From Macrostomum lignano (taxonomy: Eukaryota), in assembly GCA_002269645.1 (NCBI GenBank), contig NIVC01002442.1, positions 1-64,000 of the forward strand: 64,000 nt of DNA. The letters run 5' to 3'. Positions within the stretch are counted from its first letter, which is position 1. The number at the start of each line of letters is the position of its first letter. The notes under the pieces were generated by a model. The model was not told the origin of the DNA and did not search any database. It worked only from the letters and a program-made list of their open reading frames with translations. The position numbers and the translations under genes were made by a program. This document shows positions 26,704-39,896 of this stretch, piece after piece.

Positions 26704-29327
26704 TATATACCAATCTATAGGATATCTACACTTAGGCTCATTACTGATTCTAGAACTAGAATTGGTTCAAAGCTTTTTATATTGTCTGTTCTGTGTGCAG
26801 AATTGGTTCCAGAACTGCTATCTGATTCTAGAATTTGGTTTGAGAAATTTTCTCAATTTATTGTCATATTTCAAATATTTCAAAAAGAATACTGAAAACT
26901 CAAAAGTATAGGCCACATTTTAGATAAAAATGTTTTTATCTTTTGAGAAATAATATAATTAAGGAAAATACAAAAATACAATGCTTTTTTTTCCTATCAT
27001 TTCTAGTTCTAGAATTGGAATTATTCTGGTTCTGGAACCCTATAGTCAAAATCATGGCATACCTGTGCCAGAACAAATCCTATCAAAAAAGTTTGCTCGC
27101 ACCATATACTGCAAAACTTTTTGAACAAAATGCAAAAATCAATAATTTTCTATTTGAAAAATACCAGTAAAACTTGTATTTGAACCTGTTTCATAAAAAT
27201 GCTATGTTTACATTAATTAATATAAAAATCCATCAATACATTAGAGTACAAAGTGCTAATAAAAAGAAATTACATGCTAATTTTCTATTAGAGAAAATAT
27301 TGTCTTGTTATAAGCTTATCTCTTGCACCAAATTGTGCCAATTTTTTTGTCTTGTGCCATTTTATGTTAGATTTTTCTCATTTGCCTGCAATTGTGCTAG
27401 AATGCGCTAGCGTGGCATATGTCAAAACAATTTTTGTGCTGGAATTTTTCATGAAAAAGGTCATTTCCTGACTATGGCTAGAACCAATCTTTGTGAAAAG
27501 CCTAATTGATCACTTTCATATATGCCAATATATATGTCAAAGCCTTACTTTGCATTTACTTATATATTTTGTATAGATTTTTATAACTAATTGATTAAAA
27601 CATATGTTAAGAAGTAGGCCTATATTACCTTGGTAAAAATTATATTAGGTATATATAAAATTAAAAATTATAAAGCAAAGGCCTAGGCCTTTACCAATTG
27701 ATCACAAACTTTTTGTGTATTACTTTGGACATTATTGCTAATATAATAGACAACCATAATAATATTAGTATATTACCAACAATGTATATAACTTATAAAA
27801 AATGTTAATAATAGCTTATGCTAGATATTTTTTTATTGGTTATGATATATTAAATATTATTTATAAATATAAATGACTAATAATAGTAAAATATAATAAT
27901 ATATATAAACTTCTAATGTTGGTCTTTATAATGCTTATTTATTGTGTAAATCAATATAACTTATAATATAATGCCTAATATAGCTTAGAGGGATAGAGTA
28001 GATATAGATAAAATATAAGTAGGCTTTATCACGGTGTAAGACCAAGATGGCCACACACCAAGATGGCCACAATATTGAAACTCTCTGCTTTCTTTTTACT
28101 ATAAATTAGCAATATAATAAGCTATTGTTATGTTACTTATTTTGTTTAATCAATTATATTCATAAATACTGATGCAATAGACCTAATAGATTTGAAACTA
28201 ATTGCCCATAATACAAAAACTGTATTTGTACAGTTTCACTATCATATACAAATAATACAATAATACTATAATACAAAACTGTAATCTTTTTCAGTGTTTA
28301 TGCCAATTTATTCCCTATCATTACATTTATCAAATATATCACTAGTGTTGCGCCATAGCTATAGCTACGGCTATGGAGTATGGGATCCTACATAAAATAT
28401 GATAAAATAAGTGCCTATGGCAGCTACGGATATGCCTATGGTAGCTAGCTGCTCTTATGGCTATGACTACAGAAATATGGTAATTGCTGTCACATTCCAT
28501 AGATTCCTATAGCCATAGTTATTAATTAAAAAAATTAAAAAATATTAGAAACTGGTAGAGTAAAACAAAAATACTTTAGTAAACTGTATTATCAACCTAT
28601 AAACTCAGAATATACCTAATAAAGTACAATAAAATGCTAGCAAACTCTAATTTTTATTAATGTGAAAAAGTTTAGCATTAGTACTTTCAGTAGCAATTAA
28701 GTATTGTTGCTCTATAAAAAGATGAAATATAATCTTACAAAGGCAATCAAGTGCTTCTTTTATTTTAAAACTTAATTCTTAGTTGTTTAAGCACTAGGTT
28801 ATATTCTTGATTTAAAATATTTTGTTTTCTAGACTTTTTGTTAAAACTACGGCTATGGCTATGGGAACAAATCCAGTCTATTTTGGCGACAAACCATTTT
28901 GGCGACACCCATTTTGGTGACAGGTCAATTCGGCAACAACCATTTCGGCGACAATTTTTAAATAGGATTTTTAATGTTTTCTTATCTCATAGAATATCAT
29001 TGGATATCACAAGAACACGAAGCACGTTGTAGCTTACAAAATGGGGAAAGAATGGGGAGAAAGAGATGCTATAAAAGCAATCAGTTGGTGTCATATGCTG
29101 ACTTCTCAGTCAGCCAATCATGTCTAGTTGTGTTGTGTGCAATGTCAGAGTTCGAAAAAGGCAGCAAGGGCTGGAGTGTGACAGATGTCACAGATGGTAG
29201 CATTGAACTTGCATGGTCCTACATGGTCATCATTTGTTACTGGTCCTGAAGGTCACCTGAAGTAGGTACCAGTGCTCATGGTCTTGATGTCCAGCAGAGG
29301 CTACCAGGACTACCGCTTGGTCTTCTC

Positions 29328-29499
29328 CACATATGCGCAACTTTGGGAATCACCCAGCCGTTTCTATTGGAAACACACACATGTAAGTCGCTATTGGCTG
29401 AGAGCAGTCACGTGACTACTATTCTATCCAATAGCAACTTACATGTGTGTGTTGCCAATAGAAATGGCCAGGTGAATCCTAAGGTTGCGCCCAAGCATG
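29328..29499. mobile_element. Palindromic 172-bp MITE, family A (hAT-like), copy 1
   Basis: Near-perfect hairpin; 8-bp TSD GTCTTCTC (29320-29327 and 29500-29507); second copy at 36469. Confidence 0.92.
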
Positions 29500-29676
29500 G
29501 TCTTCTCTGCCGCACGTGATGTGCTCCATGGCCAGCCATCCAAATGCATGATCGACTTCGAGGCTGCAGTGTGGCAAGCAGTACGCACCAAATTTCCAAC
29601 TGCAGTGCGTCGCGGTTATGCCTTCCACTACCCACAGGCGATTTACCACCGGATCGTCACCATTGGACTTTCACAA

Positions 29677-29974
29677 CATACATGCGCAACAGTCGGCCGA
29701 GTCGGCCGATTCGGCCGACCGATTTGGCGGCCAACCAAGGAAGTCGCAAAAATACCCACCCAAAAATTTACCCAAGTAGTAGTACTAAGTAGCTGACGAG
29801 GCATTTTGGCTTAATAAGACAGTTATAGTTACTCCTGCCGTTTACCCAAAGTTGCGTTTATTTTGCTTTAGGGTTTTTTGATGTGTAAGTCGCATTTTTG
29901 GCCAAAAACTACGTCGCATTTTTGTTAAAACTAAGTCGCATGGCCGACCGAATTTTGGAGGTTGCGCATGTATG
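29677..29974. mobile_element. 298-bp MITE, family B (hAT-like)
   Basis: Perfect 14-bp TIR CATACATGCGCAAC; 8-bp TSD TTTCACAA (29669-29676 and 29975-29982). Removing it restores the MULE frame IGLSQAYSDD. Confidence 0.93.
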
Positions 29975-32387
29975 TTTCACAAGCTTATTCGGATGATGTC
30001 GGTACACAGGTTTTCTGCCAACAGCTCATGGCGTTGCCTTTTCTGCTAGGTAACCGAATCGCAAACGCATTTTACACACTCAGAAGCACAGTCACAGACA
30101 ATGAGCTCAACAGGCTCTGCGACTATGTCCAGGGCACGTGGATCTGCAACTCTAACTGGCAAGTGCATGAACTCTCAGTCTTCCAGTTATCGATTAGAAC
30201 AAACAACGACATCAAGGGATAGCACAATAAGCTGCAGCACCATGCAATGAGGGCCAACATGCAGTTTTACCAGCTTCTAAAGCTGCTGCATGAAGAGGCC
30301 CTCTTGGTTGAATTGACTTGTTGCCAAAATGGATATCACCGAAATGGTTTGTCGCCGAAATGGATAGGACCCTTGGGAATTATGGGAATATGGTAATACT
30401 GAGATCCCTATGGCTACAGAATATAGAGAATTGGAATAACCCATAGTTTTTCTTGTGGCTACAGCTATGGTATATGGACCCTCCTTACAGTAGAATACTA
30501 TCTATCACTATTAGTTTATCAAGAAACCATTGCTACTAGTACTTGTAATGCTATGCAAAAAGTGGGATAAATATATAATTAAAGGTATATATTTTGTACT
30601 AGGCTACAGTACTGTATTTGCTTTATATGAATGAATATCTATAGGTCAGGCTAGGCCTATAATAAAAGCTAAGGCCAAAAGGAGTGATTATAATAATTCA
30701 AATATAGGCTATAGCATATATATTTCCCTAATTATTACCAATAGGAAATGAGTGAAATGAATAGACCTAGGCTTAACATTAACTATTTAGACACTTGGAG
30801 CTGTGGGCATCTTGGTATGTGGCCATCTTGGTCATGCGCCCTTATCACATACTTGACAGTTGTCTAATGTCTATGACTATGACTGAGTGTCTAATAGACA
30901 TTCAGGCCTATGAGTCATGTCTAAAATGACTAACTAAAGGAAGGACCCACTTTGGCTTGCAAACATCTTAGAAAAATGAATCTTGTTTAATATCCCACAT
31001 GGCCATATAAACTATAAACTTGTTAATAACTAACTAGATCCTATTTATATAATAGGCCTAGTGTTAATTTTTGCAAAACAACTTCATAAGCCGGCGATGT
31101 CTATCTATTGGCTCAAGCAAAAAGTTTGCGGTTAAAGAGCGAGTGTGAAAATCTAAACAAAAACCCTTGTCAGAATTAATTTGCATGACCGTAACGACTG
31201 ATAAAGAAAGCTCTATAATTTCGACGACGAATCCGGTACAATAAAAAAGGAAAACTGGTTTTTGTTTGTTGTTAAACAGCTGATTTTTAACACATTTAAA
31301 CAAATGAAAAAACAATAATTACTCCAAAAACCAGATATAGAACAATAATCATGCCTAATTTTAAAGATTAACAGTCGCGTTGCCTAAAGCCTGAATTTTA
31401 GGAAAGAGACAAAGAGCCCTCACTTTTTAAAATCAAGACGCAGAAAATTGTTATATTAAAGCCACGGGCCTAAAAAAGGAAACTAACCTCTTTTTATCAG
31501 CACTATTATGATTATGATGTATCCCCATTGATTGATCAATGGCAAAAATGACTGATTTAGAAAATAATCATAAGATGTAATTTTTATATTCAGTTAAGTT
31601 TTAGTGAGACTATTTGCTGAAATTTTTGGTAATTTTTCGATCCAAGGCGTGGACTATGGACGATAATTGAAAGAGTCTTGAGGCGTACTAGCTATATATA
31701 ACGCAACAACTGCAAATAGATTTCAGAGAAATCAGATTTTTTAGCCTGTTTTCTCGGCTGATTTTGTCTATGGCAAACCCTTCAGTGCTATGCATTCTCT
31801 ACAAGAGCATAGCTATAGAAATAAAATGAGTATACCTCCTGTATTCCGATTTACGACAAATTTAAATGTATACTGTAAATGTGGTCAAATGTAATGTAGA
31901 TCGGCCACCATCTAATTTCTAAGAATATCGAGTGCAGTTTCCTTCTATTTCAGTTGTACACATGCATTGAGCTTGAATTTAAGGAATGAGCTGCAGTTTC
32001 TGGACCAACAAGCCTGCCTCATGGGCATCTCTTATCAGAAAGCAGACAATTATGTCCCTCAAAAAAGTTTTTTCCAATGAACATGCAATGCACCCGAGAA
32101 AGCAACCCGGGCCGACTACCGCAACCCGAATGGATGCTCTGGCGAGTGCTATGCTGCTAGTGCTATCTGCACTGGAGCTCCGGTATTGCTGCCCACACCC
32201 AAAGCCAGAGATGCACCATTCATTAGATCTATTCCTATGCCCGTCCATTGTAGCCCCCACCCTGCCTGCAGGTACAGAGACAGCCAGTCTCACTGCTCGT
32301 ATAATTTGCACAGCCTGATCGATCCTGCAGCTTTGAGACTGCACATGACGGCCGTGACTGCTCGCTGTTTTCTTTACTCTTCACTTC

Positions 32388-32398
32388 TCTCTCTCTCT

Positions 32399-32440
<42 letters not shown>
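32388..32440. repeat. (CT)n microsatellite
   Basis: Directly visible. Confidence 0.95.
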
Positions 32441-32443
<3 letters not shown>

Positions 32444-32759
32444 TCTGCCCCTCCCCCTCGAGACCGGCTTCCATGCAGCATAAATAGGCAGAATTTGCAG
32501 TTTTGCACCTGCATGCTTTGTTTGGCATTCAGAGACTGCCGTCGGCCCGTCTAGCCACTTTGCACAGCTAAATTAGCGAAATTAGACAAGAAAGCTGAGC
32601 GCCTAATTACCGCGTATTTAAAATCAACTTAATCTGATCCATTAGGTGAGTAAATTTCTAATACATTTCAAATATACTTTCAATAATTTTAAGGTAAAAT
32701 TTGGTTTGAATCTGTCTCAAAGTCATTGACTTTTGGTCCAATTGAGTCAAGCCTTAGAC

Positions 32760-33200
32760 GACCATCCACTTCATCCACCAACACGAATCCATCATGCTTT
32801 CATCAGCCCATTCGCATTCCGGAACTGTCGCTCACCAAACAGACACGCATGGAAACCGAATACTTTGTAGAAAATAGCAGAATTTCGAGCACTGGGCCAG
32901 GCCTTGGAAACCATCCAACTCATCCAGCCAGTTCTGAGGGGGTGGGTGAAGGTGGGGCAGACACTGGAGAGGATCGGGAGGGTGGCGCTGCTTTTGTATC
33001 TGTACGTTGCTTGCAGTTGTGCTTCCACACACACCCCCAAGAATGTTCGGTTCTCACTGTAAGAGACCCCCTGGAAGCGGAGAACACTTTTGAGCACGAA
33101 GCCGCATCATTTTCTAACCGCTTCTTTCTGACCCGATATATAGGGAGGCAGGCAGGCGTCCGTGCAGCGTCACGTGAATGAAATACTTTGGCAGAAATGA
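32760..33200 (-). mobile_element. Possible highly decayed non-LTR retrotransposon fragment
   Basis: LPILSSVCPTF and LDELDGFQ pieces resemble the post-RT region of RTE/L2-type ORF2; weak and unverified. Confidence 0.3.
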
Positions 33201-33838
33201 GCTTCATAATTCTGTATAAAAATAGTAACTGTCTTGGCTAGAGGCGGCCCAATGAGCACAATTATAGTAAAGACACTTGGCATTTACCCGATGAAAATGG
33301 TACCCAGGCCAAGAAACGTTCCAGAATCGTTTATACTTGTGGCAACGCAGGTAAAATAGGAAAGGAGTGGCTCTAGACGACTCTAGACGATGAGATGTCA
33401 CGGTAGTCGTCTAAGAGCCAAGGTGTGTTTTTATTGTCTGTGACTCTGGGGTCGCTTCTAATGACTCTGGGCCGTACAGTCGTATCAGCCTCAAGTTGCT
33501 GAGTTGCGTCTAAAGCGCGCATCTGCGTCACCTGTCACTTATCAATTAGAATCGCATTACGATTAGTATTATAAAAACAACTCTATTCAGTCTACTTAAG
33601 TTGGTAGAATGTTAAGCGCTACTACAGCGACTTTTTTGCGACTATTACGATTCTACAACTCATTTAGTGATGCGCTTGAAACTTATCAAACCAGGGTGTG
33701 TGGCGCAAGAGGCAGACGGCGAAGAAGCTGCTCTGCCTCACAACATGGGATAAGGATAAAGAATGAATTTCTATTCCCAGATAAAGCTCCCATATTATTT
33801 CTTAATCGCATCACGTCCTTCACAGCACAATAGCAGCC

Positions 33839-34606
33839 ATGGCAGCGACAGGCGGACGTAAAATCATGATCCCACTGGACGGGTCCAGCCACGCCGAGGA
33901 GGCCTACAAGTTTTACATGGAGAACATCTGCAGGGATGGCGACCAGCTGGTCATCGCGCACATCGTGGAGCCGCCCTCTCTGCCTTCCTTCTCGCTCAAG
34001 AGCGGCTTTAATGTGCCCACGGAAGACTGGCGCAACATCATTATGGAGAGCAGCAAGAAGGCCGCTGCCTTGGAGGAGGAGGTGCACTACAGGGCTGCGC
34101 AGAAGAAGATGAAGGTAATTAAGGGTTACAAACAGTCTGCAGCTCACTCAGTAGAGTGAGAACAGTTTGCAGATCACTCAGTAGAGTAAGAACAGTTTGC
34201 AGATCACTCAGTAAAGCGAGAACAGCAGACCACTTGGTAGACTAGTCACTCGGGTAGTAACAAGATTTGATTTTCTCGAGTCCGTGGCATCCCGAGTCTA
34301 GTTTTAGTCTCCGCTATTCATAAGCCAGAGCAGCAACCGTAACACCCGCCTCCCGCCAAGATGGACTACATCGTGGAGGCCAGCAAGAGGCCGGGCGATG
34401 CCCTGGTGGACATCGCGTGGCGCACCAACTGCCACATGATCGTCATGGGCACGCGCGGACTTGGCGACGTCCGCCGGGCATTCCTGGGCTCGGTGTCCGA
34501 TTACGTCATCCACAACAGCCGACTGGCGGTCACCGTGGTGCCGTCCAAGCGGCGGGGCAGCAGCAGCAGCGGCAGCGGCAGCGGCCGGCCAGGGGGAGAC
34601 AGCTGA
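33839..34606 (+). CDS. Universal stress protein (UspA family), 173 aa, 2 exons
   Basis: RKIMIPLDGSSHAEEA..HIVEP (exon 33839-34114) plus PGDAL..IVMGTRGLGDVRRAFLGSVSDYVIHNS (exon 34361-34606); ATP-binding G-x2-G-x9-GS motif; AATAAA near 34674. The intron holds a short 30-bp repeat. Confidence 0.93.
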
Positions 34607-35086
34607 GCTGAGGCGCAACTCGCGACCATTGAGCCACTCGGCCATCACCCAAACCACCAAAAGCAGACTATCAAATAAAAGTACACGTAGGACTTAGCCT
34701 GTACAATTTAATGTTCCCAAAGACTCTCATGGCTGCACAAAGTCGTTAAAGACGTTGCGAGAGCCTGCCGATTGAGATGAATTCCCAACAACAATGCTAC
34801 TCCCTAACAATTGACAAAATGCACTTGAAGTAAGCACCTGTGCGAAACTTGCAAATTCATATAGAAACAACCGAAAGTTGAAATATGCTTTTATTTATTT
34901 TTGAGAACAGCTGAGGCGATACAAAAAGACTACTACAGGTATTAGGTATTCGAACAGCGCGAGTTCGCGCTGGCTGGATAAGAAATGCACTCATTGGGAA
35001 AGTTGAGAATAAAACTAGAGCAGGTCTGCAATACTCGACTCATTAAAGAGGGTTAACTCAGTCATGCCCCTAACAGACTGCTGACT

Positions 35087-35689
35087 TCACTTCTCCTCGC
35101 ACCACTCGTTCTCCTTGCGCACCTGCTCCAGCTCCTCGGCAGTGAAGTCGCATTTGATGTTGAAGGTCTTGCGAATTTCCTCGGGACTCTTGCCTTTGAT
35201 CATGTTGGCTACCGTCTTGCAGGCCACGTCTAGCAGGCCCTTGATGTCCAGGTAGTTGGAGGCCAAGATGATCTCGAACAGGGTGCCCTGGTCCACCTGT
35301 TGGCCGGGAAAAGTTGAGATTAGAAGTATGTTAGGGTTTGCCCCATCAAAGGACTGAAGGACAGCAGCTGCACTCAAATACACAGATCAGCCCATAAAAG
35401 GATGACAAACCTTCATAAACTCCAGATCCCAGGTGGGGATATCGTCAGTCCGGCGCTCTTTGTACTCATCCTCCTCCACAGGTGGCGGGTCGTCTTTGTG
35501 GTGAGTGCACCAGGCGATGACCTTCTTGAGAATAGCTGCATTCACATTGGGCAGTGGCACTGGGTCATCGGAGTCATCAGAGACTGACAGGTCCTCAAGC
35601 ATGGTCTTGATGGTGTTGGACTGCTTGGCAATTTCCAGTTCAACTTCGAATATCTCATTGTCACTGGACTGCAGCTTAATATTGGGCAT
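35087..35689 (-). CDS. SKP1: S-phase kinase-associated protein 1, 162 aa, 2 exons
   Basis: [34 protein letters not shown] (exon 35689-35411) plus [55 protein letters not shown] (exon 35296-35087). Confidence 0.97.
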
Positions 35690-36164
35690 GGCAGCTCTCT
35701 GGTTGGATAGCTGTGACAGCAAAATGCATTTAAATATCAGGTTTCTTAGTAACTTTCTACTACACATTCTTATTTCACTCTATTTGGCAACAGAAAAACA
35801 ATATTCCTATCAAGAAAGTCCAATATCCAAATTAGGGGTTGGCAAGATTTTTACATTTAGGGCCAGATAGAGAACCCAGCACATGACTGTGGAGGGGTGT
35901 CGGATTGTTACTGTAAACTTGTGTTATTCACTTTCTCAGTCAATGTGCAAGCCCTGTGACCCCGCCCCCACTCTTATGCATGCCTAGCCAATCATATTTA
36001 TTCTAGTACCCACCACCCCATCTCACTCCTGCGTGCGACTCAATAAATGTGCTGCACTAGGCCTAAACAATATAAATATATGGACTCTGTTGCAAGCCAA
36101 GGGCTTTACTTTTCACGCTTCACACAGCAAGCACTTTGCCTCGCAGAACCCATAACTCCACAAG

Positions 36165-36450
36165 GGGAGAGGAAAGGGAATATAGAAGATCAAATAGAAG
36201 AAAGGAAAGTTAAGGGAAGAAAGAGAGACGACAAGAGAGGAGAGATAATAGGGAGAATAAAAGAGAGAGGAAGAAGAGAGGATAGGAGAGGAGAGGAAAG
36301 GGAGATGAGGGGAGAGGAAAGGAAAGAAAAGAGAAAAGATAGGAGAGGAGAAGAGTAGAGAAGAAAAAAGAGGAGTAGAAAGGAAAGGAGAGGAATAGAG
36401 ACTGGAAAGGAGAGATGAAAAAGAAAAAAAGAGAAGAAAGCTAAGAGACA
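36165..36450. repeat. Polypurine (GA-rich) low-complexity tract
   Basis: Almost exclusively A/G on the + strand for about 285 nt. Confidence 0.9.
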
Positions 36451-36468
36451 AACTTTGAGCAGTACAAA

Positions 36469-36640
36469 CATGCATGCGCAACTTTGGGAATCACCCGGCC
36501 GTTTCTATTGGCAACACACACATGTAAGTCGCTATTGGCTGATACCAGTCACGTGACTACTTTTCCGTCCAATAGCGACTTACATGTGTGTGTTGCCAAT
36601 AGAAACGGCCGAGTGAATCCCAAGTTTGCGCCCAAGCATG
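36469..36640. mobile_element. Palindromic 172-bp MITE, family A, copy 2
   Basis: Same sequence and length as 29328-29499; 8-bp TSD AGTACAAA. Confidence 0.92.
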
Positions 36641-39600
36641 AGTACAAATTGTTAAAGGATTTTTAAAGGAGCCAAAAGTCAAAAAGACATTGTAGGCTAG
36701 GCCTACATGTGACCCATATGCTAGAGTTTGCTAACCCCTGATCTAGATGCTTTAGGCCTGATTAAATGCTAAAGCAAATATTTATAATTTATAATAATGT
36801 TAATCATTTAAATTAGGGATTTAAAAGTTTTTAACTTAAAGGCCAAATATAGAATCTAGTACTATATAGGGCCTAGCCTAATTCTAATTGCAAGCCAAGG
36901 AGAAGAATAGAAAAGAGAAAGAATAAAGATTAATAATAGAATTACTACTAGGCCTAGAATATCTAAAACAAAAAATGAAAGAGGTAGGCCTTATATTGGC
37001 ATAAAAAGGCTAAAGTGCATTTTTTATATTAACATTTTTATCTATTATTAATTAAAATTAAATTCATTCATTTCACTTTTAAATGTGAAATGATTATGAC
37101 CTATTTTACAATCAAAATACTTAGGTTTATTTGTTTTTACAACCTAAGGCTAAGCTATACTTTTTAGGGGAGACTGAGAAAGTCTACTTGGGCCTAGGCA
37201 GACAAACAGTCAAAATTAAAATTATCTATTAAACTTAAGAAATAATAAAATTTATGACAAATAGTACAACAGCATAGGCTAAAATCAGATAAACATCAAG
37301 TTTTTATTGCACAATACTAATAGGCCACATAGGAAAGAATTGAGACAGAAATTGTGCCAAAATGCTGCATAATACCAGAATCCTGGTAGTGCCAGTGGTG
37401 CTGAAACAGTGGAACCAAGATGCGTGAAAAGGCTAGCTATCGCTATAGAAGAAGTCTTCCGAGCATAAGTTTTGGAACCCAATTGAAAGCGGAACTGAAC
37501 ATTCGAAATAAAAAGTTTAGAACCGATTATGTTTATTCACCAGTATAAAAGCTGTAAATAACGCTATCAACGTTGACACGACATGCTGCCGTGTTGTGAC
37601 ATGCCATGATTCAGCCAATTCATAATCGATCAATAACGAGTAGCTAAATGTACCATAGAATTTCAATTATTGCACGCGAAAATATTATCTCACTTTTCGA
37701 ACTGGGTGCATTTCAGTCAGCAAATTGCTGTTTTAGTGAATATTTACAAAACAATTTTGTTTTAGTTAAGAAATTAATGTCGATGACAACGTACTATATA
37801 AAAAAGATTCAATTTTCGGCGTTTTTGAGTCTGCCCCATAGATACTAGGAGCCTAGCTTCATTTCGCCGATTCGAAAAACGGAACCGGTTCCGAACCGGT
37901 TCGATGCTCTTCATATCGATGGTTCGAAAAACAGAATCAGTTCCGGAACATGGTTCTGGTTCTAGAATATGGTTCGAGAAATTTTCTCGAACCGTTGTCA
38001 TGTTTACACTTTAACAGTAAAATATATTTGAAATCGTCAATTTTTTATTGTTGTTGTAAGGATTTAATGTAAATTAAGAAAGAGCTAGGCGGTGGTTCTT
38101 ATTTTATTTAATCAAAAGTAAGAAGTATGGAGAAGAAGTAAGGAAGTAAAGATTATCCGCTGTGGGCACCGTATATTTATAGCCATCAGGAGCATCGCCG
38201 GAAACTTCTAGAAAATTCTAAGTATTACAACAAAACAAATATTAATTATTGATTCCTATTAGATTTGCATTAATTGTAGTACTGCCTTACTGTAATAAAT
38301 TATACATTGAATATTTATAAATGCGAGTATTAGAATTAGTTACTGTGAGAAGAAATTTCGAGAATTTAATTTGTACTCTACGGGGAAATTTCTAGAAATT
38401 AAATAATTCAAATGCATCGAACTTTCGCGAAGGTCACTACATTGTTATATAATTATTCCTTTTTTGTCATATCCAAGAGGAAACAAAGTCAAAGAACGAC
38501 AAAATTAAATTGTAAAGACTGTCAAACATAAAATATAGGTTCGAAGCTCCTCATTTCATACTGGTTCTGGTTCTAGAACTCGAATTTATTCTGGTTCTAG
38601 AACCGATTGCCGTGAAGAGGCTCTAGAATAACTAGATCACGTGTCACTCGCAAAAAATGCGTTTCTCTACTTTTTTCAGTAGCAAAATTTGCGTTTTTTG
38701 CCTTTACAAAAGTGAAATTAAAATTTATCTACTTTTAAACGAGATTTTAAGTTTTAAAAGCTGCAAAAGTCTGTGCTTAATTTCTAGTGTCTGTGGTCTG
38801 ACCCATCATTGGACCTTCACAAGTGTCTAGCAACTTCATGACTGACTGATGTCTGCTTTAAACTGTTCTAAATAGGTAATAAAAATAAGTATAATATTCA
38901 GAGGTCTTTCAGGATGAATGAGCTATTTTTAAGATTTCAAGCATTTACATGAAATTTTGGTTTAAAATAGGCATAATGACGAATTTAAAGAATTTATGCG
39001 ATTTGGTATAATTTTCCTTAAAAACTCAACCGAAAAACCAATTCGCGGCATGAGCTATTACCGGAAGTCCGGAACTTTAAAATTGGGCTCCTTTTCACAG
39101 TAACACACCCTAGTAAAAAAGAAAATAAGAGCGCGAATTAAAACTGTTATTAGCATCAAGGACTACCTATTGATTGGCATTAGCTGAAAATTACATTGTT
39201 TCATACAATAAAACTGGTAATTTTTATAATTTATAGACATTTCGCGTTTTTGCGCTTGGAATTAACATTGTAAATTCACGCAACAGATTTATTTGTCAGC
39301 GAATTACTTTTCCAAACTGATTTTAACAGCTCAATGAAACTCAATGGACCCGTTCATTGCTCGCTTAAAAGTTAGCTAATTCTTATCTACGCTACACCAT
39401 ACAGTGTGAGCCAAAGCTCGACCTACTCGTACAGTAGTTGGGCATGGCCTCTTTAGCGCTGAGGCCTGAGTTATATATACACGTCTTCACATTTCAACAA
39501 GTGGCGTTTGAAAGCAAATTAAGTGAAAGTTCAAATAAATCTACAATTGGGAAATTCTGTGCAGTAAAAAATGATGAAGCGATATGCCATGCGGTCTGCA

Positions 39601-39896
39601 CAGACGAGCAAGTACATGTATAGTTGCCATTTTAGTTACAAGAAGTGGCTGGTCGCAGTTTATATTTGAGTATCCGGCCAGAGGTTTAAGCTAAGGACAG
39701 GCGCTTCATCAGAGAGAAAGCTGATGTTAGCGAAGTGAATGTACTTTTATGTGGAATTCTGTGCGACAGTTTTAGGCATAATATTTAAATCTTCGATACT
39801 GGTAATAACTTTTGTGAGCGCTTTTTGAGCACGAGTGGGGAGCCTGTTGGCTGGGTGCCGCACACATAATGTACAGTGTACCTGTTGCGTGCAGCT

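Larger units (their letters stand above)
28869..30372 (+). mobile_element. Decayed MULE/Mutator-like transposon with a PHD-finger N-terminus
   Basis: TIRs of about 60 bp made of CCATTTTGGCGACA subrepeats. PHD remnant CVVCNVRVRKRQQGLECDRCHRW at about 29120. MULE core IDFEAAVWQAVRTKFP..FHYPQAIY, then LMALPFL..DYVQGTW..RTNNDIKG*HNKL. Confidence 0.85.
28033..30840. mobile_element. Non-autonomous TIR element (about 2.8 kb) hosting the MULE insertion
   Basis: Inverted ends of about 39 bp containing doubled ACCAAGATGGCCACA motifs; flanks TTTATCAC and CTTATCAC (7/8 match, putative TSD). Confidence 0.7.

Noticed and set aside
31979-32554. 110-122 aa ORFs upstream of the (CT)n tract
   Set aside because: No recognisable domain, splice structure or codon bias.
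36047-36481. Charged or hydrophobic low-complexity ORFs
   Set aside because: Translations of the GA-rich polypurine tract.
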